The notes below the pieces were generated by a model. That model worked only from the letters and a program-made list of their open reading frames with translations. It had not been told where the DNA came from and did no database searches. 64,000 nt of DNA from Selaginella moellendorffii (taxonomy: Eukaryota; Plantae; Lycopodiophyta): NCBI RefSeq assembly GCF_000143415.4, contig NW_003314387.1, positions 186,001 to 250,000 of the forward strand, written 5' to 3'. The position numbers and the translations under genes were made by a program. Positions 57,201 through 64,000 of this stretch are shown one piece after another; the first letter of the stretch is position 1, and each line of letters begins with the position of its first letter.

Positions 57201-59419
57201 ATCCAGCGGTGGGCTATCGTGTGACGCAATGGTTCCGCGGCGCCCGGGGGCAGCAGATTCTCAGAGTTGCGAGGGCGCTGTTTCATCAGTTTGGGCTGGA
57301 GCTGGATGAGCCGGCGGGTGCGTGGTTTTTTGAAATCCTTCCAGACGGGAGTGTTTCATCCACTGTTTCGGAGGTGAAATGGAAGATCTGGAGTGCGATC
57401 GCTGTGTGTTTGTTGGATTGCCCCGTGCCAGACGCTGCCGTGCACCTGTTGATTGCCTCCGACTATTTCACGCGCAGGGAAGGACGACAAAGGGAGATTG
57501 CTCATCACAGGTATGATCGTTTGTGTGCACTGCGTCTTCATTGCTGCAAGCCCCAGTGCCACTACATCGTCGCCAAGCTCGACAAGGTGAGATTTTTCTC
57601 TAGAAACCATTTCATCTTTGTGAAGAATTCTCTATGGTCTTGCAGAAAATGGCCGAGGGATGGGTGGACAAGAGTGACGAAGAACTGATAGCAAGTATGT
57701 GTTCCTTTGTTCTTTCCCCTCCTTTTTCCTGGTTACTGATGGCATATATGATCCAGATCTAAAGAAGGTGGTGGAAGGAATTCCCTCTCCCCAGCACGCA
57801 CAATCGCGTCTCTCGGATGCTATGCGACTGTTCGATGTGACTGCGTCACTGGCCGACCTCGTCCTTGCATGGTTTTTGATCAGGCTTGGGAACGACGAGG
57901 AGAAATCTCTGGATTGGCTCGTCTATTCCGAAAAGAAGGCTATGGTGGATCGTCACGCTGGCGGCAGGGGCCAATTCGAGAATCTCCTCTTCTTCTTCTT
58001 CCAGAATGTCAAGATTTTTGATCCACCATCCCCGGAAAGAATTGAAAAACTCTGTGCCTGGTTCTACGTTCTACCGAAGGTCGAGTTCAGAGGCATCGAT
58101 ATCACGAGTGCTGTCCGCCAGATACTTGTGGTACGTTATTGGTTTTCTATTTCCCGATGTTTGACTCCACGTCTTTCTCATCTTTTCAGCATTTCATAGG
58201 TGCGCGAGTTTTACGTTTATCATTTGGTGACCATGAATGCCTCAAGCATTTCATTGAAGACCACTCCCAAATCTTCCACAACTTTCGACTGTATCTGCGA
58301 TCAAACATCTACAATTGTCACAAGGTGAGCGCGCTGATTGGTCGCCTGCTGTTCACTTGGACGAGAACGAGCAAAGGGCAGCGTGATCATGACGAGCTCA
58401 AGGAGCTGTGCAAATTCACCGGCAACAGTTTCGTGGAGCACGTCAAGTCCACACTCGGCTCAAACAACTCTTGTGAAGACGAGCGCCAGCTTTTGTTTCA
58501 TGCCGCGGCCAGAGTGTTCGGGGAAGATTTCAGTGGCCAGTTTGTGACCCTGTGCGCGAACTCGCAGTGGGAGGACAATGCCAAGCTCTTGCAGACAAGC
58601 GAGCTTGGAGAAATCATGGAGTTGGCGAAGCAGGGACAGTTCCAAGTTGCTAATCCTCTCCCCAAGAAGGTTGTGACCAGCAGTTGGCTCGGTGAAATAA
58701 TCCTCTACTTGGCCAATGTAAGTGTTGTTTTCTCGTTCTTGCTTTGCCTTAGTGTTCTTCTTGCTTTGCCTTAGTGTTCTAAGCACGAACATTTTCTTTC
58801 AGCTGGTTCTCGAGGATAGCATGCCATACACCTTTGATCGTACAACATGGATACAGGATTGTGAGTATATCAATTTCAACTTAGACGCTTCTTGTAATGT
58901 GATTTTTGATTTGCAGGCAAAGGATTACTTATCGATCCCGTTATAAACCGCCAACACATGACGCTGTTATTAACCTCTAGTCGCCGTAAGGAAGGGGTTT
59001 ACTTGGCTGAGACTGTGACAAAGAAGATCTGCCAAGAGCTTGGAGCGTGGATTCACTCCCCAAAGACAGTGAAAAAGCTAGAAGCTAGCTTGGAAGACAT
59101 AGATAATGCCCTGAGGGATGTTATGTTGCGCGCTGCTGGGGGTGAATTTAGTGACAAGCACGAAACTTTGCTAGCTAAGATGGCCAAGTTACTTGGATTT
59201 GGAAACATGGACAGTATGTATGGACTCGCCAGAGCTTACGTTCTACACGGCATGCCTGGAAAAGGTGGCGGTGAGGGCCATCCCAACTCTACAAAATCTA
59301 GTAGCATGGTACGATGGAATTCTCAATTATACTTCAATCCCCTCAAGCGCCGGGAGATGACAGAAAAACGATGTTTAGAGTTTCAACAAAGAAAGCGGTG
59401 TTGCATTGCCACGAAATAA
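54233..59419 (+). CDS. Uncharacterised multi-exon gene: low-complexity N-terminus, acidic 105-aa repeats, helical C-terminal region. Possibly disrupted near 55300-55370, or two genes
   Basis: Successive plus-strand ORFs (54233-55306, 55411-56997, 57179-59419) joined by short GT-AG introns in the 3' half. No family recognised. Confidence 0.55.
55304..56707 (+). repeat. 315-bp coding tandem repeat, about 4.5 units
   Basis: ATAGAAGCGGA(G/T)GACCATGCAG at 55612, 55927, 56242 and 56557, with a degenerate unit from 55304. Confidence 0.95.
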
Positions 59420-61266
59420 TCTAATAAGATATTTTTCAAACTTTGACAACAAAATCATAGACCCTTGGAAAGAACAGAATGGCCGGGCGAGGTTAAGGTC
59501 CTTTCGATGACGAGGCATCCCTCCAAGCGCAACGCTCCGTCTCCGCAGCTTCCAGCAGCCTCGACCATCGACGGGCTCCAGCAGTGGTGATTCGAGGTCA
59601 TGGGCGGCAGTAAGCGCCTCTGATCCTGCTGCAATCTCCACGCTTGCATCGATGCGGATTGCGAGAGACGTCGTGGCCCTCAGATGATGAAGCCACCACG
59701 AACAATGACGATCCCCATTGATGAATCTTCACCATCGTCGTCTCGGCTTCGCACCTCAGCTAGCTTGCCAGTGATCCCAGAGGCAGCAGTTCGGGACGAG
59801 GAGAACGTTCCAAAAGAGGAGGAGAGGACATGATTCCCTACATGGATGGTTTTCGATCGAGCAGCTGGAAGTTGCAGCTCACTTATAATTCTTTCTCCAG
59901 ATCGAGTAGTGACGAGGTGCATTTCCCATGGGGTTTTGGGGAGCTGGAGCTCGCAATGCAGGACCTTCCTCCTCTATGTAGAGGAGCCAATGATATTGAG
60001 AACCCTTGCTGGCTCCTCGATGAGCCAGCAGGGGCAGCACCACTGGCAGCACTGCTAGACAGGACTTTGCAAAGAATACCAGATCTATGAGGCCTAAACC
60101 TCGCACCTTGCCAGCAGGAATTAGGAGCCATGTAAGAAAAAGAAGTTTTTTATTTTTGAATATGCCATAAAGATGGTGTGCAATTTGTAAATTACATGCA
60201 TGTTGTCAAATCTAATTCATCCCATGTGTCAAAATCCAATTCGTTGCAACACAACATCTCATTGTGTGCCCAAAACATGCAATTTCCACATAGCAGAACC
60301 TCTATTGCTTGATATAGAGAAGCACATTCTTTTAGAATGGGATGTTGATCTTGATGAGGAATATGGCATTAGTGTTGTGATGAGGAAGAAAAGATTTTTA
60401 ATGATGTTATTGCAAAGCAAAAACACAAGATTATTGATGTTTATAATGATATTAAAGAGGTAAAAGATTCTATTAATCTCATGTACTTCACATTGACCTT
60501 AAATTTTTAAATTAATTTCAGTACCATTGATACATCAAACATACCAAGAATTATAATATTATGAAATGAAAGTTGCCACCATATATTTATCACAATCAGA
60601 AAGTTAATTGTTAGTTAGAGTTTGTTAGCCTCGAAACACCCTTCTGAGGACAAGGTGAAAATTGATTTCCTATAACAAAATTTGTGAGGTATATTTCTTT
60701 ATAATGGAATAACTATATCAAAATTAATTTGAAGTCAACTTCTTAGACAAAGGTTTTCCACACTTTTTTTGTTAAAAATTTGTAAAAACTTTATAAATCA
60801 GCTACTAAATATTAATGAAAGGACTTTATTTTAGTCTTACAAACATATACAATGAGTTATTTGTAAAATTTTGTTTTGGGAACTCAATGTTATTTAAACC
60901 TAAAGATATTTAACCGTAAGTGCAATTCAAACCCAACGATATTTAACTCTAAATATTCCAAAAACCCTTAACCAATTGAAAAAGGGGGTGCATTTTTTTT
61001 CATGGGCCTTTTTCTTTTATATTTAAACTTTTATGGATTAATAATAATGTTTCATCCAAAGTTTAAGATCATTAAATATATAATAAAAAGTTAAGAAGGA
61101 TTTTCCACTAATATTGATTAATGCTATTCTAAGGCTTAGATCTTTTTGTTAAAACCACCAATCAACTTGATCAACTCTTATTTAATAGAGAAGCTTGTAA
61201 TAACTAATAAGCCAATACTTTATATTCAGAAAAGAAATTGCCACAATGCTAAACATCATAATAAGA

Positions 61267-61363
61267 TGTACTCTTTAGATTTGATTTTCCAAGAGGTCAC
61301 CCATCTTAATACTAAATAACCCTAATAAAACACTTTTCAAATTATTTTTTTTAGTTGTTTACA
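61267..61363 (-). mobile_element. Heavily decayed, internally deleted copy of the 5S-containing solo LTR
   Basis: GATTTTCCAAGAGGTCACCCATCTTAATACTA is the reverse complement of the 5S C-box region. Both ends resemble the 39524-39717 termini, e.g. ATTATTTTTTTTAGTTGTTTACA versus GTTGTTTTCTTTGGTTGCTTACA (all differences are transitions). Confidence 0.6.
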
Positions 61364-61758
61364 ATCAATTATGCTTCTCTGCAAACTCACACATTTGTGA
61401 ATGGAAATTGGAAGTTAAAGTTTTTTTTACTCTCTTAATACCCTACCCTTTGGGGGTAAACTAGATTGATAAATGTTAACTTATTATCTTGACTTGAGTG
61501 TAGCCCAATAGGGGAAAAATTAGACCATCATATGTCAATATAACCCTTCAAGTTTAGCTTAGCAAGAGTAAACTAAACTACTAACCCAGGTTCAACTGCA
61601 TCCCACATGTCTATAATAAAACATTATGAAGTAAAAAGTGAAAACCACATGCACTATAAATGGGAGGTGAAAGTTTTAACATTAATTCATGACTTAATAA
61701 TTTGATAATATGTGTTTAAATTTGAAGCACAAGATGAATCAATCAAGTCATCACTCAC

Positions 61759-61867
61759 CTGTCCCGAATGGTGCTGTGCATTAGCCTTGATCTAGCAACT
61801 TGGTGACAATCCACTATGCAATGAAGCTGCTGACCCAAACCACACAAGCTCTCTTCCCTCCCTCCAT
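61759..61867 (-). pseudogene. Orphan first exon of a CCR/DFR-like NAD-dependent epimerase/reductase
   Basis: MEGGKRACVVWVSSFIA*WIVTKLLDQG*/HSTIRD then a GTGAG donor; matches the KxVCVTGASGFIASWIVKxLLxxGYxVHxTVRD pattern. Confidence 0.7.
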
Positions 61868-62259
61868 AGTCCTCAGAAAGTACTCTTAAGATTTTCACTT
61901 CCCACTCAAAAACCATTCAAACAGTTCGTACAGTGCTCTCACTTCTTGTATTCTTCTTCGCCTTTCAGCTGCTGTTACAAATCTTGTAAATGGCTCTCAA
62001 AAGAGTAAAAAATGATTACAGAGAACTACTGTGGCTTGATTGCTGTTTAGTTGATCAGAATTGTTGCCCGGATCAGCATGCAGCAGCTCGGAACCCATAC
62101 TTGATTTCCAAATTACCATCTTTGAAACAAGAAAAAGAAAGACAATAAACCTCGAATGTTGCAGGACCAAGTCCGCATGGAGCAGGGAGCATCTTGGCCA
62201 AGCGTGCTTCTTAGAGAATAGAGAAAACTACACGCCCTGATTATGGCATCGCTTCACCA

Positions 62260-62530
62260 TCTTGGAGCTGAAGCAATCAGTGGAGGAGCTTGAGCGCGAT
62301 GCAAATCTTTACGCACTTATGGTTGGAAGCGGGCAAAAGAATCCATCGCCATTCGATGGTGTGTGGAATGAGGAAGAACAGGCAACTCGTGGAAAATCTT
62401 CCTATCAACATGGGAGGATTCCAACGTTTTCCAATGTTCTCTCATTGATAATGCTCGCAGCGTATGCCAGAATGGGTAGCTCAACGATGCTCTTGAGTGC
62501 TTTTGCAAGATGGAGCTCGAGGTGGTGAGT
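62260..62530 (+). pseudogene. Short PPR-like remnant
   Basis: NVLSLIMLAAYARMG resembles a PPR WxxMLAAYAxxG motif. Confidence 0.4.
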
Positions 62531-63018
62531 GACAATCATCAGCGCACTTGATTTATGAGACAGCTTCTCTCAAGCGCAGTGGCCACATTCTCGGATCAAA
62601 GGGGGCATAGGCTTACGAGCACTTACATCGAGCTATGGTGTGTTTTTGGACATGCAAGCTGAAGTGTATTTCTCCAGGCTGTGAATGGAGACGACGGAAG
62701 ATAGATAACAGCTCCCATCTCCGATTCACGGCACCTGGCCTTTGCGAGATCCACCACCATTGTGGTCCACGCTCTGTTTTGATGATCACGGTTGCTTCCA
62801 TTCCAATAGGATCTGACAAGCAAGTTGAGGAGGCTGACATCTTTTTCCAATCTAGTTTCGACGATTTGGAATTCGTGAAATGCCAGATTCATGTATGACG
62901 TCTCCAGGTTGCCGCTGGTGCTGCTGCTCGGTCATCGTCTGGTTTTGTTAGATCTTTATAAAGGATGAATTCCCATCTTCTCTTTTTCTTTTCCCTGGTG
63001 GTGACACTGCGAATGGTG

Positions 63019-63950
63019 GTGCCACCAAAGGTGCTGCCCCTGCTGGCTCAGCTTTGGCTCGTAGAGGAGAAAGATCTTGCATTACGAGCTCCAGCTCCCA
63101 ACATGCCACAGAAAATGTACCTTCTCCTCCACATTCACTACTCGATCGGGAGAAAAGGGCCCGCGAGCTATAACAACTTCCAGCTGCTCGGAATCCCAGG
63201 AAATACCGTCATCCACGTATAGCGTGATCTCCTCCTTGTCTGGAACGTACTCCTCGTCCGCCACTGGGATCACTAGCAAGCTAGCCGAGTGGCGAAGCCA
63301 AGAGGACGGTGAAGATTCATCACTGATTGCTAGCGTTTCTGTAGTGGTGATTTGATCATCTGGGGGCGGCGACGTCGCCTCTTGCAGCCCGGAGCTTTGA
63401 TCATCGCTCGGACTCGCGGGGCTCCCTATCCGCATCAATGCAAACCTGGATGTATGATGTATCGCTCACTGTCGGCTTCCTGCTGGAGCTCGTCCGTGCT
63501 CGAGGCTGCTGGAAGCTGCCGCGGAGACGGCGCGTGGAACTTGGAGTGCTGCATCGTCGATGGGATCCTCCCCCGGCCATTCTATTCTTTCTGGTTTCCT
63601 CTTCTCTTTGTGGGATGCCGCCTTATACGATTTCATTTAAGAAACGACAGGGTCCAAAAAACCATGGTCAGTGATAAACTTATTAGATCGCAATGCAACG
63701 CCACTTTCTCTGTTGAAACACCGTTTCTCTGCCGCCAAAGAATTCAATCGTGAGGCTTTACCATATGCATACTAGAGTTGGAATAGCCATCCTTTCCAGG
63801 CATGCCATGCAGAACGTAAGCTCTGGCGAGTGTCCATGTTTAGTGGCTTGGCCATCTTAACCTTCAGAGTTTCATGCTTGTCACCAGTGGTGTGCGACAT
63901 GACATTCATCAGGGCATTGTATATGTCTTCCACGCTACATTCTTACTGTC
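63019..63950 (-). repeat. Inverted, diverged duplicate of ~59065-60051 (3' end of the orphan gene plus downstream sequence)
   Basis: Reverse complement encodes VEDIYNALMNVM..DKHETL..KMAK..LARAYVLHGMPGK, matching 58958-59419. Downstream blocks also align. Confidence 0.88.
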
Positions 63951-64000
63951 TTAATGACGGTAAGAATGTAGGGAAGACATAGACAATGACCTGAGGAATG

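Overview
Eukaryotic plant nuclear DNA. The ~50-60 nt introns, very tight gene spacing and intronless PLS-class PPR genes suggest the lycophyte Selaginella moellendorffii; this is inferred, not verified. Layout: 0-3 kb holds a decayed MFS-transporter pseudogene and a BAHD acyltransferase. 5.1-12.5 kb is a complete non-coding LTR retroelement (TG..CA LTRs, CCTTG target-site duplication, tRNA-iMet-type PBS) set in older TE debris. 16.3-33.4 kb is a compact gene island: EME1, NTPCR-like, SRP19, SERF with a U12 AT-AC intron, ELP1, glycine cleavage T protein, a 2OGD pseudogene, a DYW-PPR and an ATL RING E3. 35.7-44.9 kb holds a 600-bp foldback and a second diverged copy of the LTR element, with a nested 5S-containing (Cassandra-like) solo LTR and a shattered 5' LTR. 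45.5-53.6 kb is a duplicated PPR/F-box/Use1 block with reciprocal gene loss. 54-64 kb is an orphan gene with 105-aa acidic repeats and an inverted duplication ending in a foldback junction. The most notable system is a ~600-nt structured RNA cassette inside the non-coding LTR family. It has two diverged cloverleaf domains with compensatory base changes, two tandem tRNA T-arm/B-box mimics with a candidate A-box and T-run, and a hairpin array whose substitutions fall in loops. All alignments, folds and family assignments were made by eye.
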